From positions 7,705 to 59,919 of the forward strand of contig CAYQOK010000002.1 in NCBI GenBank assembly GCA_964419155.1: a DNA stretch of 52,215 bases, read 5' to 3'. This document shows positions 10,354-20,607 of this stretch, one piece after another. Made by a program: the position numbers and the translations under genes. The notes below the pieces were generated by a model. The model did no database searches. It worked only from the letters and a program-made list of their open reading frames with translations, and was not told where the DNA came from. This DNA is from Candidatus Woesearchaeota archaeon (GTDB lineage Archaea > Nanobdellota > Nanobdellia > Pacearchaeales > GW2011-AR1). Every line of letters starts with the position of its first letter. The stretch's first letter is position 1.

Positions 10354-11586
10354 CTAACGCCAAATGTTTTTACCCCTGACATAATGCCACATTGAAGTTA
10401 TTGCGACAAAAGGATATATCATTAAATAAATTGTTAGATAATACAAAAATAAAAGCATATTTTGTTTTTCAAACAAATTATCTTTCATAACTGATAATAC
10501 AAATAAAGTGAAAAAAAAGAACAAAAGAAAAAGAATTATACCAAAATAATTTAAAATACTTGGGGTAATATACATTTCATTTAGAGTTAACACTGGCACC
10601 CCTGCTTGAATACTATATCCGGTAATAAGATATCTGACCATTAAGTTTTTTATAAAAACATAAAGAAATATTGACATTCCAACTAATCCCAAAATAAGAC
10701 CTAATCCAAAAAAAGGAATAATAAAATAACCTAACATAGCTTTATTCTTCATAAATGAAGATTTATATTTACTCAAACATTGTAACCCTCCAACACCCCA
10801 TCTCCTTCTTTGTCGATACCAAGGTTTTAATTTATTCGGAACTGTTGTAGTTACTTTTGAACTAAAAGACATTTTTATTTTCCAGCCATTATGTATTAGA
10901 TGCCAAGTAGCTTCAATATCTTCTGTTAAATTAGAGGGGTCAAATCCATTAATATCTAAAAGTGCTTTTTTTCTATAAATTGTAAGAGTTCCAGTAGCAA
11001 CATAGATTGAATCAATATATTCTAAAAGTTTTCTTGTAAAAGCAATCACCTTATATTCTATAACTTGCAATTTTTCTAAAAATGTTTTATTATTTCTAGG
11101 AACACAAGTAGAAGTTACCGCCCCTACTTTTTCATCTTCAAAATAACCAATCATTTTTTTTAATGAGTCTCTTGAAGGATAACTATCTGCATCAACAACA
11201 GCAATCAATTCTCCTTTTACAAATTTTAAAGCCTTATTCATACTATCTGCTTTGCCTGAATTTTTTTTATTAAGAATCTTAAGTTTATTTTTATATTTAG
11301 GAATCAATTTTCTTAGTACTTCTAAAGTCCTATCAGTAGAACCATCATTAATAACTAACACTTCTAAAAGATTCGGATAATCTAAATCAAATACATGTTT
11401 AATTGTATCTTCAATTGTTTGTTCTTCATTATATGCCGGAATTAAAATAGAAACCGAATATTCTTTTTTCATTTCAGGATAAGAAAAAACATTGTTTTTA
11501 TTTTTAAAAAATAATAATAAACTGAGAATTAAAAAATAAAATGAAATAAACATATAAAAAAAATAAACACCTGTTAAAAACTCCAT
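10354..11586 (-). CDS. Processive family-2 glycosyltransferase (integral membrane)
   Basis: Has ILIPAYNEE, NDGSTD, VDADS, TEDIE and the Q-R-R-R-W motif (YRQRRRWGVGG), flanked by TM helices. Confidence 0.85.
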   Translation of the reverse strand: MEFLTGVYFFYMFISFYFLILSLLLFFKNKNNVFSYPEMKKEYSVSILIPAYNEEQTIEDTIKHVFDLDYPNLLEVLVINDGSTDRTLEVLRKLIPKYKNKLKILNKKNSGKADSMNKALKFVKGELIAVVDADSYPSRDSLKKMIGYFEDEKVGAVTSTCVPRNNKTFLEKLQVIEYKVIAFTRKLLEYIDSIYVATGTLTIYRKKALLDINGFDPSNLTEDIEATWHLIHNGWKIKMSFSSKVTTTVPNKLKPWYRQRRRWGVGGLQCLSKYKSSFMKNKAMLGYFIIPFFGLGLILGLVGMSIFLYVFIKNLMVRYLITGYSIQAGVPVLTLNEMYITPSILNYFGIILFLLFFFFTLFVLSVMKDNLFEKQNMLLFLYYLTIYLMIYPFVAITSMWHYVRGKNIWR

Positions 11587-11588
11587 TT

Positions 11589-12113
11589 TTAAGACTCTCC
11601 ACTAATATCCTTTTTTTCAACATTAAAATAATCATAAAAATCTTGGGAGATACTTAATTCATTTGTATGTCCTGCTTTTTTAGATTTAATTAAATCTAAA
11701 TCCCTAAACTTTTTAATATGGTCATAAGCTTTATTACCCCTTATTTTTATAATTACACTTTGTTTTACTGGCTGTTTGTATGCAATTAATGCAAGAGTTT
11801 CTTGCTCTGCCTTTGTAAATTCTGTGCTTCCAGTTGCAAGCTTATTTATTAGTTCTGAATACTCTTCTTTAACATCCATCTTCCATAAACCATTTTTTTC
11901 AAGAATCTCAATAGCAGATTCTCTTTCATTATAAATTTCTCTTAATTTTTCAAGAAGCTCTTTTAAAAATAATGGATTTATATCTGTATAAGCCACTAAT
12001 TCCTGAATACTTAAAAATCTTGCAGAAATAAACAAAGTTGCCTCAATTCTTTTCAAACCCTTAACTTCTTCTAGATTATCTAATTCTTCTTGACTTTTTG
12101 AAACTAAACTCAT
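11589..12113 (-). CDS. scpB: Segregation and condensation protein B
   Basis: Has IEATLFISARFLSIQEL followed by AEQETLALIAYKQPV and IRG, a double winged-helix ScpB pattern. Confidence 0.75.
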   Translation of the reverse strand: MSLVSKSQEELDNLEEVKGLKRIEATLFISARFLSIQELVAYTDINPLFLKELLEKLREIYNERESAIEILEKNGLWKMDVKEEYSELINKLATGSTEFTKAEQETLALIAYKQPVKQSVIIKIRGNKAYDHIKKFRDLDLIKSKKAGHTNELSISQDFYDYFNVEKKDISGES

Positions 12114-12121
12114 TTTATCTC

Positions 12122-13240
12122 CTAAGATAAATTTAACTCATATCTTAATATTGCTCCGACACCTGAAAGATTCCAAAATTGTTGACCTTCTACAGTATCT
12201 ACTGATATAATTTCAATATTAGATGAAATCCCCTCTGCTTTTAATTTTAATTCATGAGATTCTGATTTTTTAAGATTCCTACTTAAAAATAAAGTATCAA
12301 CAGCAGCCAGATTTAATGCTTTTTTAACAGGTTCAAGCCCATATGCTGTTTTTTTAGGAAACTTTCCAAGCATATTAAAAAAATTCTCCAAAATCTTTTT
12401 TTCATGTATAATTTCTTGTTCTGCTAAAATGTCCTGACTTTCACCAACTAAAAGTTCAAGACCATGCTCATCTGTATAACCAATATCTTTCATCCCAATT
12501 ATTTTATCTCTTAATGCAGTAACTAAACCTCCGTCTTTAACAAAATCATCTTTTGTTGGAATCGGACCTCCAATAATTATCCCCTTTAATTTAGCTAAAT
12601 CAAAAAAATGAGTTTTTAATGCTAATGCACATTTTTTATAAAAATCCCTTGCCTTTCCTTCAATAACTCTTGAATAACGGGCAGCACTCTGCCCACCTGC
12701 TGCAACTTTTCCAGGTACTCCAGACTCTAATTTTTCAAGAACAATAATTCTCTTTCCTTCAAGAAGACCAATAGTTGCTTCTCTCCTATCAATAACAAAA
12801 AGCCCATATATTTCTTTAATCTCCAATAACTCCTTTAGAGGATCTAAAACAAATACCTGATCACATCTATAAAGTCTAGCTCCCAAAGGTTCTGGGGGTT
12901 CAATAACCCAAATCTCATGATCTTCCTGACCTTCTACCTGAGAAACATTTCCTGAGAATAACACCAATCCATTAGAAGGCGTTTGTTGAATTTGTTTTAA
13001 CTGCCTTCCAATTCGTTCTAATGCTTCAACAACATTTTTCTGAGTTGTTTTACTTTTAATATTTTTTGCAGTAGACTTTTCAGATTCTATTTGATCTGCA
13101 ACTGTATTAATATTATGTCCTGCAGGAATATACACTGAAACTAATTCAGTATGCCTTCCTCTAATCTTATCTAATTTTTCAATTAATTCACCAAGTTCCT
13201 CTTTATCTATCTTATATATTGAATCCTTTGTTATAGCCAT
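12122..13240 (-). CDS. prf1: Peptide chain release factor aRF1
   Basis: The NIKS motif (AKNIKSKTT) and GGQ motif (AAGGQSAARYSR) are both present. Confidence 0.9.
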   Translation of the reverse strand: MAITKDSIYKIDKEELGELIEKLDKIRGRHTELVSVYIPAGHNINTVADQIESEKSTAKNIKSKTTQKNVVEALERIGRQLKQIQQTPSNGLVLFSGNVSQVEGQEDHEIWVIEPPEPLGARLYRCDQVFVLDPLKELLEIKEIYGLFVIDRREATIGLLEGKRIIVLEKLESGVPGKVAAGGQSAARYSRVIEGKARDFYKKCALALKTHFFDLAKLKGIIIGGPIPTKDDFVKDGGLVTALRDKIIGMKDIGYTDEHGLELLVGESQDILAEQEIIHEKKILENFFNMLGKFPKKTAYGLEPVKKALNLAAVDTLFLSRNLKKSESHELKLKAEGISSNIEIISVDTVEGQQFWNLSGVGAILRYELNLS

Positions 13241-13288
13241 ATTATAAAAATAATGTTTAGGTTTATAAAACTAGTTAAAAAAATTAAA

Positions 13289-15688
13289 TCAAATTTTATG
13301 AGAAGCCCTAAGATCTTTTTCAAAAATTTCTAAAGATTTGGGTATTTCAATTCCCTTAACCTCATTTTTTAAAGATAATCCACTTTCTTTTTTAATTTTC
13401 CAAACAGAACTATTAAAATCAGTTAGATCTTTAATTAATTTTAAATCCATTTTTATTTTATTAGGTTCTGGAAATAAGCTAGTTAAAATATCTATATTTC
13501 TATCTCTTGCAATTAAAAAAGAAATTCTAGGAACAATTGGATAGATCAAATACAAAAACCTTTCTAAAATATAGTTCATAGCATATTTTGCAGAATCTGA
13601 TTCCTCCTTACTAAACAAATTTTCTTGATTATAGGCCCTACTTTTAACTAATTCAATATAATGTGAAGAAAATAAGTCCCAAATAAACTTTCTAAGTTCT
13701 AAGGAGGGGTTATAAAAGTCATAAACATCATAAAGATCCCTAGTTCTTTTTGTTAAATCTTCAATATAATCAATAAATAATTGATCAAGTTCAACTATTT
13801 TTTTAGGTTTATTTGGTTTTTCAAATTGATCAACAAACTTTACAATATTAATTAATTTTGTTAAAGTTTTTAATTCTGATTTTATTTTTTCTTCAGAACA
13901 TTTTAAATCCTGTTTAGAAAGATCTCCTTCTATTGCACCCCACATTCGAATTGCATCAGCACCATAATCATCTAAAAGTTTTAATGGATCAATGACATTT
14001 CCCTTACTCTTACTCATTTTATAACCTTTTTCATCTACAATATGTTGATGTATCCAAACATCATTAAAACAAGGTTCTTTTGTCTCAAAGTAACCTCTTA
14101 ATAAAGTATAATATAACCAAGTCCTAACAATCTCTTTTCCCTGCGGCCTTAAACTAGCAGGATATGCTTTTTTAAATAATTCTAAATTTTTATTATATCC
14201 AAGAATAAACAATTCAGTAATAGATGAATCCATCCAGGTATCTAAAACCCTTGATTCCCCAGTCCATTTGAGATCTTTAAAATCTGAAACAACTCCAATT
14301 TTCTTATTATTAAGATAAACTTCAAAATCAGAATCAACTTCTTGTTTCCAAGGTTCAAAATAACCTTTTTTATTTGGAATTGCAATTAATTTCTGGTTAT
14401 CTTTATAAGCAAACCATATTGGAATCGGGGTAGCATAAAATCTTCTTCTTGAAATAGGCCAATCAATTGAAATAGAATCAATCCAGGTATCTAAAATTCT
14501 TTTACTTGAAATAGGATAAAAATTTATTTTCTCAGATAGTTTCCTTATTTCTTCTCTAAAATCAAGTTGTTTAACATAATATTCATCCATTTCAATAAAT
14601 TCGATCTCAGTTCCACTTCTTTCAGAAACAGGAGTTCTATGAACAATTTTTTCTTGTTTTTCTAAAAGTCCTTTTGATTTAAGATCAGAGATTATTTTTT
14701 CTCTTGCCTCCTTTATAGTTAATCCGCAATATTGTGATGAGTTTTCATTCATTGTTCCATCTTGATTAATTGATATAATTGGTTCTAAATTTTGTTCTCT
14801 AAAAAATTGAATATCTGAAAGATCCCCTGCAGAACACATCATAACAATCCCAGTTCCTTTTTCAGGATCTGCAGCTGGATGTGATTTAATAAGAATCTCT
14901 TTATTAAAAATAGGGCTAAGAACAATTTTACCCTCTAAATGTTTGTATCTTAAATCTCCTGGATTAAAAATAACCATCCCACAAGAACAGATTAATTCAG
15001 GCCTGGTAGTTCCAATTAAAATTTCTTCACTAGAATCTTTTATCTTCCATTTAATATAGTTAAATGTTGAAGGTAGATTTTCATAGTCTATTTCTGAATC
15101 CGCAATTGTTGTTTTTAATTTTGTGTCCCAATTATTTATTCTTTTATCTTCATAAATTAAACCCTTTTTATACAAATCAATAAAAGTGGATTGAGTTAAA
15201 CTTCTAAAAGCAGGAGAATCTGTTTGATAAACAGAACCAATATGATCTCCTTCTTCATAAGAAGTAAATGAAATGCCTAATCTAGAAAATGTATCTTTTG
15301 TTGCAGTTCCTGCTTCCTTTAAAAGTTTTTTACAATAATCTAAGAATTTATCTCGTCCTACTTCAAATGCAGAAATATTAAATTTCTTTTCTGCACCCAT
15401 TTCAATAGGAAGACCATTATTATCTAATCCCAATGGAAAAATAACCTGATAACCCCTCATTCTTTTATATCTTGCAAAAAAATCCATATAACAACAGGTT
15501 AATGCCTGACCAATATGAATTGGTGCATTAACATAAGGAGGCGGGGTATCAATAGAATAAATTTTTTTATTAGAATTAATATCAAAAGAATACAAATCTA
15601 ATTCATTCCATTCAGAATTTATTTGGTTTTCAATCTCAGTAGACCAAGATTTAACATCTTTTAGACTTAACATAAGATTTTTAAACAA
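13289..15688 (-). CDS. valS: Valyl-tRNA synthetase
   Basis: Has IDTPPPYVN..IHIGQA (HIGH-like), FARYKRMRGYQV, GLDNNGLPIE and KMSKSKGN. The pattern and 799-aa length fit archaeal ValRS. Confidence 0.85.
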   Translation of the reverse strand: MFKNLMLSLKDVKSWSTEIENQINSEWNELDLYSFDINSNKKIYSIDTPPPYVNAPIHIGQALTCCYMDFFARYKRMRGYQVIFPLGLDNNGLPIEMGAEKKFNISAFEVGRDKFLDYCKKLLKEAGTATKDTFSRLGISFTSYEEGDHIGSVYQTDSPAFRSLTQSTFIDLYKKGLIYEDKRINNWDTKLKTTIADSEIDYENLPSTFNYIKWKIKDSSEEILIGTTRPELICSCGMVIFNPGDLRYKHLEGKIVLSPIFNKEILIKSHPAADPEKGTGIVMMCSAGDLSDIQFFREQNLEPIISINQDGTMNENSSQYCGLTIKEAREKIISDLKSKGLLEKQEKIVHRTPVSERSGTEIEFIEMDEYYVKQLDFREEIRKLSEKINFYPISSKRILDTWIDSISIDWPISRRRFYATPIPIWFAYKDNQKLIAIPNKKGYFEPWKQEVDSDFEVYLNNKKIGVVSDFKDLKWTGESRVLDTWMDSSITELFILGYNKNLELFKKAYPASLRPQGKEIVRTWLYYTLLRGYFETKEPCFNDVWIHQHIVDEKGYKMSKSKGNVIDPLKLLDDYGADAIRMWGAIEGDLSKQDLKCSEEKIKSELKTLTKLINIVKFVDQFEKPNKPKKIVELDQLFIDYIEDLTKRTRDLYDVYDFYNPSLELRKFIWDLFSSHYIELVKSRAYNQENLFSKEESDSAKYAMNYILERFLYLIYPIVPRISFLIARDRNIDILTSLFPEPNKIKMDLKLIKDLTDFNSSVWKIKKESGLSLKNEVKGIEIPKSLEIFEKDLRASHKI

Positions 15689-15730
15689 TGGCCTATTATA
15701 AATTTTATGGTAGAGAGCAGTAATATACTT

Positions 15731-15865
15731 ATGCCTTCAGGATCTGGAGGTTTAATGAGATATAATGAAGAATATAGAAGTAAATTAACAATAACTCCTA
15801 ATCAAGTAGTTATTCTAATAATAGCGGTGGCTGTTTCAGTTATTCTATTAAAGATTTTTGGATAA
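15731..15865 (+). CDS. secG: Preprotein translocase Sec61-beta/SecG (archaeal), absent from the ORF track
   Basis: Hand translation gives MPSGSGGLMRYNEEYRSKLTITPNQVVILIIAVAVSVILLKIFG (44 aa). This shows the G-L-M-R-Y-x-E-E signature plus a C-terminal TM anchor. Confidence 0.65.
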   Translation: MPSGSGGLMRYNEEYRSKLTITPNQVVILIIAVAVSVILLKIFG

Positions 15866-15866
15866 A

Positions 15867-16226
15867 ATGATTCCTGGAATAAACCCAAAAAAAATGCAAG
15901 CAATGATGAAACAAATGGGTATTTCTCAAGATGAAATAGATTCAAAAAGAGTTATAATTGAAAAACAAGATAACACTAAAATAATAATTGAAAATCCTTC
16001 TGTGATTAAAATAAATATGCAAGGACAAACTAATTTCCAAATCTCAGGAGATATTAAAGAAGATGAAAAAGTAGAAGATGAAGAAATTTCAGAAGAAGAT
16101 AAATTAAAACAAGATATTCAAACAATAATTGATCAAACAGGTTGTAGTCCTGATGTTGCAGCAATTGAACTTGAAAAAAATAAGGGCGACATTGTTGAAA
16201 CAATTCTTAGTTTAAAAAAAGATTAA
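15867..16226 (+). CDS. nac: Nascent polypeptide-associated complex protein (NAC plus UBA)
   Basis: Has NPKKMQAMMKQMGI, a NAC beta-barrel segment and a C-terminal UBA-like TGCSPDVAAIELEKNKGDIVETIL. The ATG at 15867 is preferred over the TTG at 15858. Confidence 0.8.
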   Translation: MIPGINPKKMQAMMKQMGISQDEIDSKRVIIEKQDNTKIIIENPSVIKINMQGQTNFQISGDIKEDEKVEDEEISEEDKLKQDIQTIIDQTGCSPDVAAIELEKNKGDIVETILSLKKD

Positions 16227-16277
16227 AATCTAATTTTAAGATTCTAAAAAGCATAATAATTTAAATCAAAAAGCAGT

Positions 16278-17453
16278 TTGATAAATATGGGGATATTTAA
16301 TTTTTTTAAAAAAAAGCAAAAAACTAGAGCGTTATTACAAGAAGTTCATTTTAATGAAGTAAATAATGTACTAAAAAACAATAAAGAAATTATAAATGCA
16401 AAAGAAGTTTCAATATTCTTAAAAATAAATAGTTCAATTAAGGAATTAATAAAAAAATTAGAAATTTTATTAGAATCACTTGAAAAAGTAAATTATAAAA
16501 AAATAAATGCAGAAGAAAAATTAAAATTAATATCAAAAAAAGGTCTTGAAAATTTTATTATTCATTTAAATGCCCTCATTCAAGACTTAAATTCTTTATG
16601 CGAACATGAAAATAATCTTGAGAACTTAATAAATAGAATAAATCAAATATTTCAAAATTTTGAAGAAAGATCAAAAATGAGCTATGAAAAAGCCACCATA
16701 TTTATTGGAGATGAAATAAGAAAAGTTAAAATAACTATATCAGAATTTTTTAAAGAAAATCATAAAATAATTCAAGAAAATAATGAGACTTTTAATAAAA
16801 AGACTTTATTAAAAGAAGTAGAAGAGTTATTAAAAAAAGTAGAAAACCTAAATAAAATAATAAAAAAATTGTCTCAAGAAAAAGAAAAAGCAAATGAAAC
16901 AATTAATGAATTTATGCAACAAATAGAACACAACTTAAAAATGATTAATGAAATCAAAAACACAGAGGAATATAAAAATAAAATAAATGAAATTGAAAAA
17001 AATCAAGAAAAATTAATTAATCTTAAAAAAGAGGTATTCAAAATTAAGGAATCTATTAATTTTAAGGCACTAACAAAAAGATATCATAAAGAGCATAAAA
17101 AAATGAGTATAATTAAAGATTTTAATGAAAATTTTTATCAAAAATTTGATGAAGATAATTTTAAAGAGTTCTTTGAAACAATTAATGAAACAGATTTAGA
17201 CAAACAAAAATTAGAAAAAAGAATAAAAGAACTTGAGAAAGAAAAAAAGATAATTGAAAAATCAAACAAACAAATAGATGAAATAGATGAACTTGAGAAA
17301 GATATTAGTTATTTAGAATTAGAAATTGAAAAACAAAATTCATTAGTTTTAGAAGTTCAAGACAAACAAGAGAAAATAAATAAAACCAAAAAAGAAAAAT
17401 TCATAGAGATTAAAGAAAAGATAAAAAAATTAGGATATGATCTATTAGAATAA
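16278..17453 (+). CDS. Long coiled-coil protein (Lys/Glu/Asn-rich), function unknown
   Basis: Heptad-like charged sequence throughout, with no enzymatic motif. It lies upstream of the paralog pair and minD. Confidence 0.5.
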   Translation: MINMGIFNFFKKKQKTRALLQEVHFNEVNNVLKNNKEIINAKEVSIFLKINSSIKELIKKLEILLESLEKVNYKKINAEEKLKLISKKGLENFIIHLNALIQDLNSLCEHENNLENLINRINQIFQNFEERSKMSYEKATIFIGDEIRKVKITISEFFKENHKIIQENNETFNKKTLLKEVEELLKKVENLNKIIKKLSQEKEKANETINEFMQQIEHNLKMINEIKNTEEYKNKINEIEKNQEKLINLKKEVFKIKESINFKALTKRYHKEHKKMSIIKDFNENFYQKFDEDNFKEFFETINETDLDKQKLEKRIKELEKEKKIIEKSNKQIDEIDELEKDISYLELEIEKQNSLVLEVQDKQEKINKTKKEKFIEIKEKIKKLGYDLLE

Positions 17454-17497
17454 ACTATAGTACATATTTTTATTAATTATAATGATTTAGATTAATA

Positions 17498-17968
17498 ATG
17501 AATAACCCTTATGAAAAAGACCTTGAAAAATCTATAAATGAACTAAAAAATGCAGAACATATATCTTTTGTAACTTACCCCCTCCTAAGGGATAAGAAGA
17601 TATTATTAACGGGATTTGAAAAAATTTATAATTCTCTAATAGCGCTAATAAATTCAATGATAAAATATGAGTATATGTTTAAAAGAGTTGGAATCTATCA
17701 AGACCCAAAAGAAAATTTGAGAACGTTTTCAGAGGAAATAGCTCCAAGATATGGCGTATCTGAAAAAGATTTGAATAACCTAAAGGAAATAATCTATCTA
17801 TTTAAAGAACATAAGAAAAGTAGTATTGAATTTTTAAGAAAGGAAAAAATAATAATTATGTCTCAAAATTTAAACACAAACTATATTAATTTAGAAAAAA
17901 TTAAAGATCAGATAAGATTAATTAAAGAGTTACATAAAAAATTTTATTTGCAGATAAATAGAAATTAA
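17498..17968 (+). CDS. Hypothetical alpha-helical protein (paralog of the next gene)
   Basis: Shares A-E/D-H-x-x-F/Y-V near the N-terminus and E-F-x-R-K...I-N-L-E near the C-terminus with ORF 18049..18492. Confidence 0.5.
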   Translation: MNNPYEKDLEKSINELKNAEHISFVTYPLLRDKKILLTGFEKIYNSLIALINSMIKYEYMFKRVGIYQDPKENLRTFSEEIAPRYGVSEKDLNNLKEIIYLFKEHKKSSIEFLRKEKIIIMSQNLNTNYINLEKIKDQIRLIKELHKKFYLQINRN

Positions 17969-18048
17969 ATCAAAAGATATAAATACCTCCACCCCTTTTT
18001 AACACTACTAAATCCATATTTAAGACCCTAAAAACCTAAAATTTAAAA

Positions 18049-18492
18049 ATGTTAGAACAAATAATCAAAGAAAAAACAAGTGCAGATCATTTACTTTATG
18101 TTAGTATGAAATACACAAAAACTTGTGAAGTTATTTTAAATTTAATTTCAAGATGGACTGTTATGATTGATTTATCTATTGAAGGTTTATTAGAACAAGC
18201 AAAGAAAAAGAAAAAAATAAAAATAATCCCTATTGCACCCAAACAAAAATTAAATCTTGCAAAATCAACATTTAAAGAAATTAAAGAAGTAACTGAAGCA
18301 TTAGAATTATATGAATTTTTTAAAATGATTCCAAAACTCCAAACATCAAGAGAACATGAATTTAGAAAAGATGTTTGTTTAAGAGTTATTGAAAATCAAA
18401 AAGAAACAGAAATAAATTTAGAAATGTTAAAGGAATATTCTATAAAACTAGAAAATTTTATAGGATATGTGAAACAATTTCTTTTATCATAA
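18049..18492 (+). CDS. Hypothetical alpha-helical protein (paralog of the previous gene)
   Basis: Similar length and shared motifs with 17498..17968. It ends 10 nt before minD. Confidence 0.5.
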   Translation: MLEQIIKEKTSADHLLYVSMKYTKTCEVILNLISRWTVMIDLSIEGLLEQAKKKKKIKIIPIAPKQKLNLAKSTFKEIKEVTEALELYEFFKMIPKLQTSREHEFRKDVCLRVIENQKETEINLEMLKEYSIKLENFIGYVKQFLLS

Positions 18493-18502
18493 ATTTTAAA
18501 AC

Positions 18503-19282
18503 ATGGGTAAAATTTTTGCTGTAGTTTCTGGAAAAGGAGGGGTTGGAAAAACCACAAGTGCAATAAACATAGGTTTTTCATTAAACTCTATTGGACATGA
18601 AGTAATAATTGTAGATACTAATTTCACAACACCAAATATTGGACTTCACCTAGGATCTCCCGTAGTTCCTGTAAATTTAAATCATATAATGTTTAATAAA
18701 GCAGATTTAGAAGAAGCAATATATGAACATGAATCTGGAACAAAGGTTTTACCCTCTTCACTATCTCTATCTGATATTAGAAACATCGAACCTTCAAAAT
18801 TAATTCCTATTGTAAACAAACTTAAGAAAATATCTGATTTTGTTATATTAGATTGCCCTGCAGGATTAGGAGAAGACACCAGATCTGCAATAAAAGCAAG
18901 TGACGAAATTATAATAATCACAAATCCCGAAATGTCTTCTATTACAGATGCATTAAGAACAATAAAACTAGCAGAACAAATGAAAAAAAACATTAGGGGT
19001 TGCATAGTTACAAGACATCAAACAAAAAAGTGGGAAATGCAACTTCCTTCAATACAAGATATGCTAGAAGTTCCAATAATAGGAGTAATTCCAGAAGATG
19101 AATCTGTTAAAAAATCTCAACAAATGAAAAATGCAGTAATTCATACACATCCAAAAAGCAAAGCATCAAAAGCATATAAAAATGTTGTTAGAGTAATATT
19201 AGGAGAAGAAATAGAAGATGTTTATAAAATTAAAAAAACAAGATTAATTAAAAGAATATTCTGGAAAATAAAAAGACAATAA
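18503..19282 (+). CDS. minD: MinD/ParA-family P-loop ATPase
   Basis: Has the deviant Walker A SGKGGVGKTT, plus ILDCPAG and archaeal MinD-like length. Confidence 0.85.
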   Translation: MGKIFAVVSGKGGVGKTTSAINIGFSLNSIGHEVIIVDTNFTTPNIGLHLGSPVVPVNLNHIMFNKADLEEAIYEHESGTKVLPSSLSLSDIRNIEPSKLIPIVNKLKKISDFVILDCPAGLGEDTRSAIKASDEIIIITNPEMSSITDALRTIKLAEQMKKNIRGCIVTRHQTKKWEMQLPSIQDMLEVPIIGVIPEDESVKKSQQMKNAVIHTHPKSKASKAYKNVVRVILGEEIEDVYKIKKTRLIKRIFWKIKRQ

Positions 19283-19321
19283 AGCAAAAACATTTTTATA
19301 TACATTAATATATCTAAAATA

Positions 19322-20602
19322 ATGAATAAATTATCAGATAAGGTAGAACCAGGAGATTTAGTTAATATAAAGACGAAGAATTCTGAAGAAATAGGAATTT
19401 TATTAGAGTCCTATGAACCAGGGGTTATATTATTAAAATTAGAATCTGGATATAACATTGGAATAAAAAGAGAAGATATAAAAAAAGTAGTTTTAATAAA
19501 AAAGCAAAAAAAAAGAGAAGATATAAAAAAAATAAAAAACTCCAATAAACCTAAAATAGATTTGATTTTATGTGGCGGAACAATTGCAAGTTCATTAGAC
19601 ACCAAAACCGGCGGCGTTAAATGGATTACCACCCCTGAAAACTTTTTTAGATTTTATCCAGAAATATTTGATATAGCAGATATTAACATAATCAATCCTT
19701 TTATGAAATCAAGTGAAAATATGAATTTAGATGATTGGTTAAAAATAGCGAAACAAGTTAAAAAATCGCTTGACAACCCCGAAGTTAAAGGAGTTATTAT
19801 AACCCATGGAACAGATTTACTACATTATACAGGGGCTGCATTAAGCTTTGCACTAAGAGATATTAACAAACCAGTTATATTAACCTATTCCCAAAGATCT
19901 ATTGACAGAGCAAGTAGTGATGCTTCTCTAAATCTTTATTGTTCTGCAAAAATTGCACTATCAGACATTGCTGAGATAATGTTAGTAGGGCATGCAAATT
20001 CAAGTGATAATTTTTGCTATGCTCTAAAAGCAAGCAAAGTAAGAAAAATGCATAGTTCTAAAAGAAGTGCATTTAAACCAATAAACGCAAAACCAATTGC
20101 AAAAGTATATAAAAATAAAATAAAGGTTTTAGGAAAATATAATAAAAAAGATAATAAAAAAATCCCTATATTAGATATAAGATTTGAAGAAAAAATTGCA
20201 TTAATTAAATTTTATCCAGGTCAAGATCCCAGTATCTTAGATTATTATGCTAATCAGGGATATAAGGGAATTATAATTGAAGTAACAGGATTAGGACATT
20301 TACTTACAGAAGGAAAAAATAACTGGATTCCCATAATAAAAAAAACAATTGAAAGAGGAATCTATATTTGCGCTGCACCCCAAACAATATATGGTTCCCT
20401 TAATCCTTTTGTTTATTCTCCTGGAAGAGAATTAAAAAAAGCTGGAGTTATTTTTTTAAAAGATATGCTTTCAGAAACTGCTTTTGTAAAATTATCTTAT
20501 GTTCTGGGCCATAAAGAATGGTCTGGAAATAATCAAGAAGTTGAAGAAAAAATGCTTGAAAATATTTCTGGGGAAATTAATGAAAGATTAGGAAAAAATT
20601 AA
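19322..20602 (+). CDS. gatD: Glu-tRNA(Gln) amidotransferase subunit D
   Basis: An N-terminal GatD-specific domain is followed by an asparaginase fold (CGGTIAS, HGTD). Confidence 0.9.
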   Translation: MNKLSDKVEPGDLVNIKTKNSEEIGILLESYEPGVILLKLESGYNIGIKREDIKKVVLIKKQKKREDIKKIKNSNKPKIDLILCGGTIASSLDTKTGGVKWITTPENFFRFYPEIFDIADINIINPFMKSSENMNLDDWLKIAKQVKKSLDNPEVKGVIITHGTDLLHYTGAALSFALRDINKPVILTYSQRSIDRASSDASLNLYCSAKIALSDIAEIMLVGHANSSDNFCYALKASKVRKMHSSKRSAFKPINAKPIAKVYKNKIKVLGKYNKKDNKKIPILDIRFEEKIALIKFYPGQDPSILDYYANQGYKGIIIEVTGLGHLLTEGKNNWIPIIKKTIERGIYICAAPQTIYGSLNPFVYSPGRELKKAGVIFLKDMLSETAFVKLSYVLGHKEWSGNNQEVEEKMLENISGEINERLGKN

Positions 20603-20607
20603 TAAAA

